Part shown: piece by piece, positions 13,721 to 26,314 of the stretch
Numbering within the stretch: position 1 is the first letter of the stretch
Layout of the letters: each line of letters begins with the position of its first letter
Source of the DNA: Epiperipatus broadwayi
Lineage: Eukaryota > Animalia > Onychophora
Direction: 5' to 3'
Length of the DNA stretch: 64,000 nt
NCBI GenBank assembly: GCA_028023455.1
Contig: JAQFVV010000005.1
Coordinates: 1,364,001 to 1,428,000, forward strand
Notes under the pieces: generated by a model
What the model was told of the DNA's origin: nothing
Seen by the model: only the letters and a program-made list of their open reading frames with translations
Databases searched by the model: none
Translations under genes and position numbers: made by a program

Positions 13721-14930
13721 AAAGAATTAGATGAACATGGTAGAACATATAAAATCTTCATTCTAATTATAATATCTAGTAAATGAGCATTAGCTATTTA
13801 CTAAAAGATTTAGTGGAAAGAATATTGGGTGCTATGTTATTCCTTAATCCAATGCTTATGTAATAAAACATATAATAAGGGTATATACTGGTAAAATGTT
13901 TTAACTGTAAAAAAAGTTTTATTATAAATTTACCATTATTTTATTAATATTGATACAGTAAGAATTATTAATACACATAAAACATATCATGTTAAGTATT
14001 TATTCAAAGTGCAATTTTGAGATCGAACTCAAGTCTCAACACATATTTCAGGCTATCATAGCATGAATGGTGTCATAATGTAGATAAATATTCCTTTACA
14101 AGGGGTTAATGTTCCTCCTATGTTAATACATCATATACTTATTGAAAATTTAGAGTAAATATTTTACTCGTAAAGAAAGTATATGATGGAAAGATCACCA
14201 TTACTGCATATGCACCAAAAATATTTATATTGTAAGTGAAATGTAAAACTATATTCTAAAATTGTGAAATATAATTTTATATACATATACTGTAAAATTG
14301 TCAATTTGAAATATTATATTTAAAATATGAAATGCTAAATTATGTATTTAAAACTATATTAACACACACACATACATATTTTGTGTTATATGGTTCACCA
14401 GAATATTTAAGTGGTTTAGAAGATGCTTATTGAATGATACATTTTTAGAATATAAAAAATTCATAATACCTCTGATCATATATATAAACATTTTGTTAGT
14501 TTAGACAATCAAATATTTGTGACCCTCTCTTTCTCTCTAGCACCAAATATATAGTATCTAATTAATTACTAACACTACAAATGGTAATTTTTGCATGCCC
14601 ACTGATAAAGTAAATTTAAAATAATTGAAATAATTTTATATTAATTTAATATGGGGTGATAATGTAATTCACCTCTTTCCAATAAATCAGTGCCACTTTC
14701 ACTTGTCTTTTTGCTTACCCTATCATTCATTATGGTTGTGACTATATTCATATAAAGAATAATATATTGTTAAAACCTGAGGTTGCCTTAACAACAGTTT
14801 GAATTTGTTGATTGTTATTGATATTGTCTAAGTGTTGACTAGTTTTTAATGAATAATATATATATATATACTGCATATAAAAGAAAAATGTTTTAAGATT
14901 TGAAATACAGGCATTCTTATACCTGGAACT

Positions 14931-15160
14931 TAATTGTAAATATAGAGGATTTGAACTCAGATTTTCAAGCAACCTTCAACTTTCCACACTATCTCATACT
15001 ACTGATACACATGACTACACACACATAGAAAAGCTAAATAATCACCAATATATATTTTGTGCTAAACCAGCACTCATCAGTTGGTTCAGATTATCATCTT
15101 CCACCCACATATATATATATAATCAGTGCTCAATTTATATTAAGATAGCAAATCTTCAAT
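14931..15160 (-). repeat. HHR family A copy 2 (HHR 15041-15098, G12A)
   Basis: Minus strand gataatctgaACCAA-CTGATGA-GTGCTggtttAGCAC-aAAA-tatata-TTGGTgattat. Stems I and II pair well; G12 is replaced by A. Confidence 0.8.
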
Positions 15161-15169
15161 ATACTCCAA

Positions 15170-15450
15170 CCTTGGGTGACTGAAGAGTTTGTGGTTGGAG
15201 TAGATTGAAGCCTGTCCATTAAAGTATAAAGATTTGCTATCTTAATATAAATTGAGCACTGATTATACATATGTGTGGGAGATGATAATCTGGACCATCT
15301 GACGAGTGCTGGTTTAGCACGAAATGCATATATTCATGATTATTTATCTTTTTTTACATATGTGTGGGCATGTGTATCAGTAGCATGAGATAGTGTGGAT
15401 AGTTGAAGGTTGCTTAAAAGTTTGAGTTTAAATCCCCTATATTTAAAATG
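15170..15450 (+). repeat. HHR family A copy 3 (HHR 15281-15348, intact catalytic core)
   Basis: CTGACGA(15299-15305)-GTGCTggtttAGCAC-GAAA(15321-15324)-tgcatata. All core residues are present, but proximal stem I is mispaired. Confidence 0.8.
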
Positions 15451-15467
15451 TTGTTTTATGAGTTTAT

Positions 15468-16520
15468 TTATCTTTTCTTTTTCATTATTTCCTCCCATAA
15501 TATGTAATGAGTATTAAACTCGTGTTGAGTGTGAGCAAAAATGTAATAATTATTAACAATATGATTAAACATGTTATCTATTTTGTTTAAAATGTAAGCA
15601 GCATTCAAAGAATAAAATTTTAGTTTTAATTTCATAGCTAAAATTCCAGTAATATAGCAATCATCTATCCAGAAAACAGGAGTGATTAGGGATTCTCGAT
15701 ATAGAGCTTGAACAACAGGTAGGGGCATAATGAAGGCAGCACCAGCGCAATATGGTGGATAATATGTATAATTGTATTCATCTTCTGTTACATACCATTT
15801 CATTTTCACATTTCTTGATACTCTTGACTTATAAAAAATATTACAAATGATCGCGTTATTTTTTATCATGTTGTATCTTTTCAATGTCTGCATGTGTCGT
15901 ACTAAAGTGAATATGTTAACAAATACGTCATCATCAACTTTTAAAACCATTTCCGCTTTTACACAAAATAAAGTTATCCATTTTAGGGCAGTAATTGCTT
16001 TTAAAGTCAAATTTTTATAGGAATCTATAAAATCTCCTTGTATAATATCTCCATAATACTCTTTTTCATAGTTAATAAATGTTTTTAAATTCATATTGGC
16101 AGACTTACCTAAAACGAAAATAAGCACTGTACGGAGCTCTTTATACAATTGCACACTTCCCCATGTTGACCGAATAGCTAAACGATTTTTGATGTTTGCT
16201 GGAGCCGAGTGGACATAGATTAGTAAAAATACTCCTTGACTGCGCATCAAACATAAATTTCTAAGGTGGAAAGGAGCAAAATTTGTATCTTCAATTGGCG
16301 GAATCAATATGGTATTGGCTGAAAGAATTTGATTTTCCTGTACTGATTTGTTCAAAGGTAGAAATATAATTTTTGGTTCTTTCAGATTGCTTTTAGGCAA
16401 AGATTTGTAATTATCTTTTGTTTGAGAATCAATAAAGATTACTGAGAATATTGTTAACAACACTAGACTTACCAGTAGAAGATAAAGTAATTTGTAAGCA
16501 TCCGTATTTCTAGCAAACAT
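15468..16520 (-). CDS. B3GALT: Beta-1,3-galactosyltransferase, GT31 (Galactosyl_T) family, type II membrane protein, 350 aa from the first in-frame ATG
   Basis: Open 380-codon frame (the track starts at a TTG at 16610; the first ATG is at 16520). N-terminal TM anchor LLYLLLVSLVLLTIFSVIFI; GT31 motifs RLAIRSTWG, FVLG, YGDIIQGDFIDSYKNLTLK, KVDDDVFVN (DxD), YPPYCAG and IDDCYITG. Family is clear; orthology within it is not. Confidence 0.95.
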   Translation of the reverse strand: MFARNTDAYKLLYLLLVSLVLLTIFSVIFIDSQTKDNYKSLPKSNLKEPKIIFLPLNKSVQENQILSANTILIPPIEDTNFAPFHLRNLCLMRSQGVFLLIYVHSAPANIKNRLAIRSTWGSVQLYKELRTVLIFVLGKSANMNLKTFINYEKEYYGDIIQGDFIDSYKNLTLKAITALKWITLFCVKAEMVLKVDDDVFVNIFTLVRHMQTLKRYNMIKNNAIICNIFYKSRVSRNVKMKWYVTEDEYNYTYYPPYCAGAAFIMPLPVVQALYRESLITPVFWIDDCYITGILAMKLKLKFYSLNAAYILNKIDNMFNHIVNNYYIFAHTQHEFNTHYILWEEIMKKKR

Positions 16521-16619
16521 AGCTATATTAGAAATGTTTAAAAATAAAAATTGATATACAGTATATATATTTAGACAAACGAACAATAAAATGTAATTTA
16601 TTGTAAACAAACCATTGTA

Positions 16620-17035
16620 GCTTTCAACCGTAAACTTTCCAATTTGCTCGAGCAGCGTTTCATAATTTCAACAAACAAAAGGGAGAGGGCAGGGAAGAGA
16701 TTTAGCAGTAAATATAAAATAATGTATAATTCGATTTTTGCTTAAATTAGAGAATTATAAGCTTTCAACCGATTTCTAGATCTTTAATATTTTAAACTTA
16801 TGTGTAATAAAAATAAATTATAAATAAAAAATACATTAAAAAAACGAAAAAGTTCTCGGAAAGTAATGTAAAATTTTTGTACAGGCAGTAATAATCTGAA
16901 TTTGATACTGAAATCTTTGACACTTGGGTTTATTATTTTCACACTGAATTAAACTATATACAAAACGATAGTACGATTTGAAGATGGGAAAGTGTGATAA
17001 GTGAGGGATTGAATATAGTTTTATTTATCGATATT
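16620..17035 (-). promoter_or_regulatory. Probable promoter / 5' region of the galactosyltransferase
   Basis: Local CpG retention at 16625-16660 directly upstream of the CDS, a purine-rich tract at 16680-16700 and a DRE-type TATCGATA at 17026-17033. Confidence 0.35.
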
Positions 17036-17332
17036 TGAATGTTTTTCATTTTCCTCAACTGCAAATAGATCTAAAAATCTTTAGCTTTTGAACGTATTAC
17101 TTACTTATCATTGGATTAAACTAATGTAAATAAATATAGGAATAAAATAAATAGACTTCAAATTATTCCATGCCCACCAAAAATCGAAGAAAATACAAAA
17201 GATTATTTTCAGTAACTAAAAAAAAGTTTTTCTCTAGACGTGCCAACTGCCAAATGGTAAAGGTTTATAAAAATTTAACTTCTAGTCGAAATAGTTAGAC
17301 ATCGTTTTTCTGATCATTAATTCGATAGCTAG

Positions 17333-18087
17333 TGCTATGTTTATGTTAAAATAAATACACATATATAGTTAAAAAAAAACAGTCATAAATAATTGTGTTA
17401 ATATTTAAAGTCTAAAAATAAGTATAATAAATTTTAATAGAAAGTAAAATTAAAACTGATTGAAGCAATAGATAAAAGAATTGTAATTTTTAATTATAAC
17501 TTGAGGAAATAAACTAATTCTTTAAAAAGAGATAAAACAGGAATTTAATCAAAAACTAACTAATAAAGAACAATTAAAAATGAGGAGAATTTACTTATGA
17601 TGATACCTCTAGAGAGAATAAATAATATTAGATAATGACAGGCGGAACTATGTGACTGAACCTATTAGAACAAGACAATAAGAGTTCTCATAATTAATTG
17701 TGACAAATTGATCTAGAAAAGAACCAAGTAGACACTTGTTCGTGGAAGCTACAAGTGTGCAGATGTACGATATTGGAAATCATCGGGTGCTGTCTTTGCT
17801 AGCTAATATTGTTCAGACCTCGCCTCCGAATGTGGCAAAGCAAGTCTAGGGATTAAACAGGTCACATTAACCTTTATTATTATTTGAGAATACTTTCGGG
17901 CATGTAAATATATATGCTTTATATAAAGTGTTAATATATATATATGTGTAATTAAAATGCTTATAATGATTGTATTATTAATCTATTAAATCACAATCCT
18001 AAGTTGCTACAGTTATTATTGTTATCAGGTAAATTTTATATAAGCCTATGTCTGTTGGTAGTGTAGGGATCGCTCCCAGATATAGCA
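17333..18087 (+). repeat. 5' LTR
   Basis: TG...CA ends with a 6-bp terminal inverted repeat; aligns with 21929-22724. Confidence 0.85.
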
Positions 18088-18202
18088 ATTGGTGCAGCCA
18101 TAAGTTGAATCTAAAACAAGCTAAAAAAGGATAGAACTGTCAAAGTAATAAGTATTAAATGATCTGCTAAAATGCAACTATCAATTGGTGAATTTGACGT
18201 GA

Positions 18203-18586
18203 GTGATGTCAGTAAATGGCCTCTTTACATATAGCTTTATTAATAAAATTGAAGATGAAAAATTTAAAGTTGCACCACTGTTGTGTTTTTCAGAAAAAAG
18301 AGTAATACAGATTGCTAATGGGCTCTGTGAACCTAATATTCCTGAGGATTATCCTTTCAATCAAACAAAAGATCACTTGGTGAAGTATTTTAGTCCACGT
18401 CTCTCTAGACCCATCACCAGACTTCATTTCAGAAATTGCTGTCAGAACAGAAATGAAAAAATTAAAGATTACACTATAGTTCTTTGTGATCTTGCAAAAA
18501 ATTGTGTATATGGTTTATTTCTTGATGACTCATTTCTTGAGCAACTTCTGAGAGGAATGAGCAGCTATAGTATAAGTGAAATATAA
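18203..18586 (+). pseudogene. Gypsy gag fragment
   Basis: RLHFRNCCQNRNEKIKDYTIVLCDLAKNCVYGLFLDDSFLEQLLRG matches the retrotransposon gag pattern FRxxxQxxxExIxDYxxxLxxLAxxCxF...DQLxxG. Confidence 0.75.
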
Positions 18587-19299
18587 CAGAGCTATAAAAC
18601 ATGACATAGTCCATGAGTTGGTTCTTGAGCAAACAAGAGAATTCATGGAAGTAAACATTCAAGATAAAATACAAATGGATATTTCTAAGACATTTAAACC
18701 AAAGTAAAAGGGATTTAGAAATTTAAAAAATAATGATAGCTGTAATAAAACTATTTATGTGTTTCAGTTATTAAAAATGAGCATTATAATAGCATTGCAA
18801 AATCTGTAACAAAAAAGGACACTTGGAAATAATGTGTAAAAAAAGAATAGATAAACTTGGTAAAGATAGCAACTGTTGTCAAGGGTATTTAGTAGAAATG
18901 AAAATCAGTCAGCAAGTAAAAAAAAGTATGTTAACATCTGATTCTGATAAATTATGATTCAGATAAAGGTATGTTGCAAGCCCATATCTATGAAAGTCTA
19001 TAGTGAAAGCAGCGTATTTTTGATTTTGGCACATGAATGGAGTTCTGTAATTACTAATAATAAAAAGCCACTAATAATTGAGAAAACTGACTTAAACATT
19101 AGATATTAATGGTAAAGCAATTAAAATCAGAGGAGTAATTAAAGCTCCTGTCAGTAAAATGAATGGTAAAACTTTTTATTTACCTCTGTATATAGTTTAT
19201 GCTTCAATCAATTCACTAATCCATCACGATTGGTTAAAAAAATTGGCATTAAAATTACATTGATATCAAGAGGGAAATGAGGAAAATATTTCCAAAATT

Positions 19300-21450
19300 G
19301 TTTAACAGGAAACCTGGGAAAATAAAAACTACCCCTATGTCATTAGAGTTATCCCCAGAGACAGTACCAAAAATTTACAAACTGAGGAAAATCCTGTTGC
19401 TCAGAAAGAAAAAGTGAAGGAAAGAATTAGTTAAGAACAGTGTACTAGATGTACTAGAATCTACAGAAATATCTGATTGGCTACACCCTTAGTAATAATT
19501 ACAAAACCAAATGATCAAATATATTTGTGTGGTGATTACCACGTATTTGTAACTAAAAATATTAGTCAACATGTGTACCCTGTCTCTAATTCTAGTTCTA
19601 GTGAAATAAATCCATCATTGCAAAAATCTACTTTTTTTATTAAATTAGATCTTAATTTGGCATTCCACCAGATACTGGTGACAATCAAAACTTCAGAAAT
19701 ACTAAGATTAAGCACTCATACTAAGATTAAACACTCATATATGATTATTTGAATGCAAATAACTTCATTTGGGAATAACTTCTACATTTAGTATTTTCCA
19801 GTCAAAAATTGAAACTCTCCTTCATGGATTTGAGAGCATTATACCATTTTTTGACAACATTCTAATTACAGCTATAATGGAAAAAGGAACTGAGAAGTTA
19901 TCTACATAATGTGTGCAAAAAACTGGATGAATTTGGAACAAAATTCAACACCCAAAAATGTGTCTGGAAGGTGTGAAAGTAAATTATTAGGACATACAAT
20001 GTCAAATAAAAGTATGTCTCCTCCCAAAAAAGTCAAAGCTGTAGCTGAAGCTCCGTGGTTGAATGATGTTAAATAATTACAAGCATTTTTATGTCTTGTA
20101 AATTATTTGGAGAATTTTGTAAAGGGTGATACTTATATAACCAGACTCTTAAATGATTTATTAAAAAAAAAATGGAACTGAGAATTGGTGCAAGAGCAAG
20201 CATTTTTGGGTACCCAATCACTACTCACTTTGAATAAATTACTTGTTCATTATAATAGTGATTTGGAAATTATGCTTACAATGGACACATCTGAATTTGG
20301 AGATGGTGCAATAATATATCATTTATTATATATAGGAGAATGACTAATTGCCTATGCTTTATGCACCTCATCTTAAAATGAAAAGAATTACAGTCAGATG
20401 GACAAGGAGGCTCTTGCCCTATTATTTGGAATTTGTAAATTTCACCAATATTTATATGGCTGCAAATTTACTATTGCAACTGATCATAAACGTTTACTTG
20501 GAATTTTTGAAAGCAAACAAGTTCCTAAGCATCTTAGCACTTGCATGTTGAGTTGGCTAAATATACTTGCTGGCTATGATTATACATTAGAATATAAAAA
20601 AGGAAAACAAATTGGACCTGCCACCATTCTATCTTGTATGCCAAAAGAGACTGAGAGTGATGTAAAAAAATTGAAATGAATTGCATAAATTTGCTGAAGT
20701 CACATGTACTTTACAGTAAAACAGTAGCTGATTGGACAAAGGAAGATGAGGATTACCAGTGGATTGGAAGCCAAATCCCAGTATAGTGACCTAATAAAAT
20801 TTCTTCATAAAGAATTATGAAATGCCCATGATAAATTATCAGTATGCAAAGGCTATATTCTAATGGATGATCATGTAGGGTAGAGATTTAATTCTGCAAT
20901 TATTGCATGGTCACCTAGGCATAGGCAGAAAAAAAACTTTAGCCCATAGCTATATATGGTAGTCTAACATTTACTGTGATATTGACAATTACATAAAAAA
21001 TTGCAATAATTATCAATCATGTGCTAGAATGCCATTTAAAAATTTTGAGACATGGTTCAATCATGGTGATGCATTCATGTTGATGACATGGGTCCATTTA
21101 AGGGACATTTATTTTTTGTGGGGTTTGTTAAAGTTGGCAGAATAATTAATTAAGAGTACTAGTTCCGATGAGACAATCGAAAAATTACATGAAATTTTTT
21201 CATATCACAGCCTACCTTAAATTTTAGTTTCTGACGATAGAACTGCTTTCACATTGGACAAGTTTGAAGAGAGAATGAAACAGTGGGGAATAAAGCATAT
21301 ACTCATGCCCCCTTATCACCCTCAATCTAATAGTTTGACAAAAAAGCTATCCAAAATTTAAAAATATCTATAAATGAATTGGAAAAAGTGAAAATACAAG
21401 AAGCAGTTTATACCACATTGTTGTATCAGCAACTCGATTCCAACTGCTAA
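19300..21450 (+). pseudogene. Gypsy pol (RT, RNase H, integrase), frameshifted with stops
   Basis: WATPLVIITKPNDQIYLCGDY (RT, 19477); DKEALALLFGICKFHQYLYGCKFTIATDHK (RNase H, 20398); HGHLGI-like (about 20905), LVSDD (about 21225) and PYHPQSN (about 21310) integrase motifs. Confidence 0.85.
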
Positions 21451-21928
21451 AGCAGGAAAATCCTTGAGGAATCATATTTAGGTTACAAACTCTGTACCTA
21501 GTGATGATTACATTAAACAAGAACTAATCATGAATAATTTTGCGCCAGGTGAATCACTGTGGGCAAAAAATAGCCCTAAATAAATTTAGAAACAAAGCAA
21601 TAATAATGCAACATCTGTCAAAACAAGTTATAATAATTTGTATAAACAAGGCAAATTATTATTACACAAACTCATGAATCAATTATGAAAAGGTGAGAGT
21701 GAAGATTTAATATCATATTTATTTAACAAAATGGATTGTGACCTAGTATCTGAGAAACCTAAACAAGAACTCAAGATGATTCAGTCTAATGAGGAAAAAG
21801 AATGTGCAGCAGAAGAGTCAAAAGATGGTAATCCACCTCCTTGCCAAGGAAAATAAACAAAACGAGTTATCTTCATGATTTTATGCTGACATTAGAAAAA
21901 ATGTAAATCTCTGAAGTTGGGGGAAATC

Positions 21929-22724
21929 TGTTATGTTTATGTGTATGTTAAAATAAATACACATATGTAGCTAAAAAACAGTTGCAAATAATTGTGTTAA
22001 TATATATGCAAAACAGATGGACAATTGAAATTTTAAACTGGATTCCAAGAGATTTTAAAAGACCCAGAAAGAGACCACATGTGAGATGGATGGATGAAAT
22101 AAGAAAGTGTGCAGGAGTGATGTGGAGAAGAGAAGCTAAAGATAGGAAAAGATGGATTGAACTTGGAGAGACCATCCTGCAGTGGATTGATAATGGTTGA
22201 TGATGATGATGATAGTGAAATACATATACATTTAAAGTTTAAAAATAAATAAAATAAATTTTAGTAGAAATTACAATTAAAACTGATTGAAGCAATAGAT
22301 AAAAAAATTGCCGTTTTTAATTATAACGCGAGGAAATAAATTAATTCTTTAAAAAGAGATAAGAAAGAGATTCCACCAAAAACTAATTAATAAATAACAT
22401 CATTGTGTGTTGTCCTTGATAGCTAATATTGGAGAGAGGCTTGTCTCCAAATATGGCAAAGCAAGTCTAGGGACTAAACAGATCACATTGACTTTTATTA
22501 TTATTTGAGAATGCCTTTGGGTATATAAATATATATGCTTTATATAAATTGTTTATATGTATATATCTGTAACTAAAATGCTTATAAAAATACTTATAAT
22601 AATAGTTGATTATTAATCTATTAAATCATAATCTTACATCGCTGCACTTATTATTGTTTCTAGGTAAATTTTGTATATAAGCATACGTCTGTTGGTAGCA
22701 TAGAGATCAATCCTAGGTACAGCA
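21929..22724 (+). repeat. 3' LTR, carrying an RTE insertion and lacking about 200 bp present in the 5' LTR
   Basis: tgttatgtttat...ggtacagca aligns with the 5' LTR on both sides of the insertion. Confidence 0.85.
22005..22215 (+). mobile_element. RTE LINE 3' fragment inside the 3' LTR
   Basis: NWIPRDFKRPRKRPHVRWMDEIRKCAGVMWRREAKDRKRW...QWIDNG, typical RTE C-terminus, followed by a (TGA)n tail. Confidence 0.85.
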
Positions 22725-23279
22725 GTACTAACTTAATTGTTACTTAAATATTTGAAGGAAAAAAAAGTTAAACTTGTTAGGAATGTGAAACTTTTTTATG
22801 CTATAAGCAAGTTTAAAGATTTTTTACAAGTTATACTTTGTCCAGGTTTGATTGTAAGTCATAGGAATACACAAACCATTACAAAATAAGATTCTTTTTC
22901 AGAATTATCATGACTAGATTTTGTGCAAATCAATTAAAAGTAATTAGATTATCTTTTTAGAATGCTCTAAGATTATCACAAATGGTTTTTTATTTTTTAT
23001 AGTAAATTGTTTGTGATTTCATATGCCTTTTTAGTCTTCCAGTGGCAGGCTGAATACTTAATAATTCCATTCAACTAATCTTTTTTATTTATTTATTCTG
23101 CTGAGAGTGAATCTTTACATATTCAGTTATGCTCCTCAATTCTATTATTGCACTAACCCATAAAGGTATGGGTTTAAAAGTCATTTAATGTTAATAAATA
23201 TTAAGTTGAGTGCTTTAAATAGTTAACATTGATTACTGTGAAATAATATGAAATATGAATAAAATGATTAAGATGTTGA

Positions 23280-23880
23280 ACATGGTTTGAAATATTTTTA
23301 AATTAAAGATAAATATTTGTAAAAGTAAGATTATGGTGGTGAAAAAATAACAAATAAAAGTTGGTTGGATAAATAATATAAACCTGGAATTAGTATGATG
23401 AAAATAGATAACTATTTGAGATTAAAAAAAGAATAATGCTGTCAAAGCAAATTTTTCATAATAAAAGAACCCTACTCAATAAATATACTGATATCAAAAT
23501 GACATTGAAATTTGTTAGAAGTTTTGTTTTGAGTATATTGACATGTAGATGTGAGACTTGGTCTTTGAGAAAACAGAAAGGTATGTGTTTGGAAGATATA
23601 AAAATATGGCTTTGGAAAAGGTTGCTTAGGGTGAATTAGATAAAAAAAGATGAATGATCATATGTTGAGAGAGATTGGGATAAGAAAACATAGAACATGA
23701 TAAGATCGAGGGAAAGAATATATTTTGAAACATGACATTTTTTTAATAAAATGTTTTGAAGAGCAAAGTTTTGGCTAAAAGATGAAGAGTTTGACAAGAG
23801 CAACTAACTTTAAAAATATGTTCAACAAAATAGAATGTAATTCATATGCAAAAAAATAGTTGAAGATAGAATGACGTGAC
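23280..23880 (+). mobile_element. Old RTE-like LINE fragment (different subfamily)
   Basis: KFVRSFVLSILTCRCETWSLRK...IKIWLWKRLLRVN matches the RTE post-RT motif vLlYGcETW...EMWxWRRMLRI. Confidence 0.65.
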
Positions 23881-24153
23881 TATTATGAATATATCACAAA
23901 CTTCCAATATTAGTGATATGCTAATTTAGTGTGATTTACTATTTAAAAGGGGTGCTGTGTGAAGCTGTAAATTTAGAATGTAGCATTCAGTTAATAATGC
24001 TATATTTACCTTGGGAGAGGGGTTGGGAACTAATCTTTTATAAAAAACTGTTCTTAACATTAAGAAGTAATTAAACTTTTTAAAACATAATTCAGGATGG
24101 TTTTGATATTCTCTACTATTTTTAAAACATATAAATTATTACTGTTTCTCTCA

Positions 24154-24286
24154 TTCTAAACAGATGTGTAATGTGCTGTACTGTCCTATTAAACCAGCAT
24201 TGTTTTGTTGAATATGAGAAAACAAAACAACATTGGTTTAATGTAACACAGCACATACATAGAGGTTTATTACTCTCTGTTTAGAA
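24154..24286. repeat. Imperfect foldback / MITE-like palindrome
   Basis: Paired blocks ttctaaacaga/tctgtttagaa, atgtgctgt/acagcacat and attaaacca..tgttttgtt/aacaaaaca..tggtttaat. Confidence 0.6.
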
Positions 24287-26207
24287 TTACAGTTTAATAC
24301 TGCACTAGTAAATAAGTTTCTCTCAGTATGAATAGATGGACCTGCATGTTGTAGGCAATTTTGAAAGCAGGTTGGGTAATTCTGCAAGTGAGTAGTACCG
24401 TGACCAATGTAGTGTCTTTCTAATATAATTCATTTTAACATTTTAATTTTAGAACTGCACTATAAACATATGAGTCTTGTTATTAAAATGCAATGGAAAA
24501 TGCCTTATTCAAAACAGTAAATACACTGGAAACAAAATAACGATTGATTCTAATTAATCAGTTACTTCTGATTCTTAATTTTTATATATCTTAAATATTC
24601 TTACTGTTATAGCCAACTCAGTGCTGGTCTTTAATTTTTCTGTTTATAGCAATTCTGTATAATTGTGTAATGGTGTTTAGATCACATCAGATTAAATTTA
24701 TTCTTTTGCAGCTATGTGTAGAGTATTATTAATTTAAAAACATCTTAAGATATTATTGTACAGAGAAAACATAATACAAACAAGCAAAAAATGCTGGTGT
24801 TTGACAGTTGTTTTGTTCTCAAAGTAATCATTGCACTTATGAGAGCTCAGCCTTTCTTCAACACTCAAATAAGAAAATGTATATTTTCTCCAAGTTTATA
24901 TATTTATAATTATTTTTGCAAAGTATTTGTGAAATATTTATTTTTTGGTAAGAATATAGTGTTTAGATTAAGATTTCAACTGAAAATATTTGTTTTATAG
25001 GAATACGCTTATGAAAAATGTTACTAACATAAAGCATGAAATTGTGATTGGCTGGAAAAAGAATTCCTCTATTATTACTGTAGCTGTTTTTTTTCATATT
25101 TTAATAATTATAAGTCAAATTTTAAAATTTAGAACATAATTTTATTATTTTATGTGCTATTGATAATTCAAATTTTACAAATGCAGTTCAATTGGCTTGC
25201 TTCAAAATTTTGAACATTGACTTAGTAAAGGTTTATTTTGTATGTTAATTTTGTTAAATGTATATGAGCATGCTTTCAACTGGTGAAGCACCAGCTGAAA
25301 GTGCACTTAGCAATACACACAGAATAAACCTTTACTTAGAAGTACCAGAAGAAAACATGCTCAGAGATTCACAGAATTAATGATCCAGAATAAACCTTCA
25401 CTTAACTAACATTCAAAACATTGAAGTAAAGCAATTACAAATAGAATAAGGAAAGTGAGAATAACCTGAAATACAGTTCAAATAAATTTTATTTCATTCC
25501 AAATATATTTATTAATTGGCAAATGTGAAGTAAAAAAAAAATTGTTCTAGTAATATATTTCAGCTTATTTTCTATAGTTGCAAAGTTGAAATATTTTTAA
25601 AAACAGTTTTATTTTTAAATTTATATATCTAAGAAATAAATTGAAAATAATATGAACATATTGCAAAATAAAGATTATTTTGTTAAAATAAAAAGCAGAA
25701 AATGTAATCCAAATGTCCACTAAGCGCTGCCATAAATTATGTTAAGTTAGCAAAAGAGTTATGACACATCAGCAGTTATCAAATACTAAGCAAAAAATAA
25801 TTGATTAGAAAACAAAATTAGTTCCAAAACAATTTTATAATATTGGATATAAATTTCTGTTTGAATTGAAATATAACAATTATTTTATCTCAGGGTACTG
25901 TGATGGCTGGCAACAATGTAGACAGTGAAATTATGCTTAAAACAGATAATGATTTTTGGTATGACTTCGTACAGTATTCCACTAACTATCTTTAAGTGAA
26001 GCAGATTCATTAATCTACTATACAATTAGAAGGTTTATAAACTACAGGTTGAGATGATTTTTAATAACTATAATGGCAATTATACTGCACTTCAAATGCT
26101 CATTTGTGAAGTTAGAAAAATTGTAGTTAAGTATCAGGCTTAGCGCTTTCAAGGTCCTTTTAAAACCTCATATTCATAGCCAAAGAATTAGAAACATTGT
26201 AGTATTG

Positions 26208-26314
26208 TTTTTTTTTTTTTCAGTGTCATAGCATCGGCCGGGACACGAACCCGCAACCCAGGCAACTGCTTGCAAGTGTAAGGCAGTCGCGCTGACCTCT
26301 CGACCACCAATGCA
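26208..26314 (-). mobile_element. tRNA-Gly-derived mini-SINE with poly(A) tail and 18-bp TSD
   Basis: Minus strand GCATTGGTGGTCGAGAGGTCAGC...GGGTTCGTGTCCCGGCCGATGCTATGACACTG then A14. TSD agaaacattgtagt(a/g)ttg at 26190-26207 and 26315-26332. Confidence 0.85.

Larger units (their letters stand above)
17333..22724 (+). mobile_element. Degenerate full-length Ty3/Gypsy LTR retrotransposon (Mag-like)
   Basis: 5' LTR 17333-18087 (TGCTAT...ATAGCA); PBS-like TGGTGCAGCC at 18090; gag, RT, RNase H and integrase remnants in Gypsy order; PPT gaagttgggggaaa at 21913-21926; 3' LTR 21929-22724. No TSD recognised. Confidence 0.9.

Noticed and set aside
16521-16610. 30-aa N-terminal extension of the galactosyltransferase shown in the ORF track
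   Set aside because: It starts at TTG, not ATG, and the region looks like an intron end (T-rich tract plus AG at 16524-16523).
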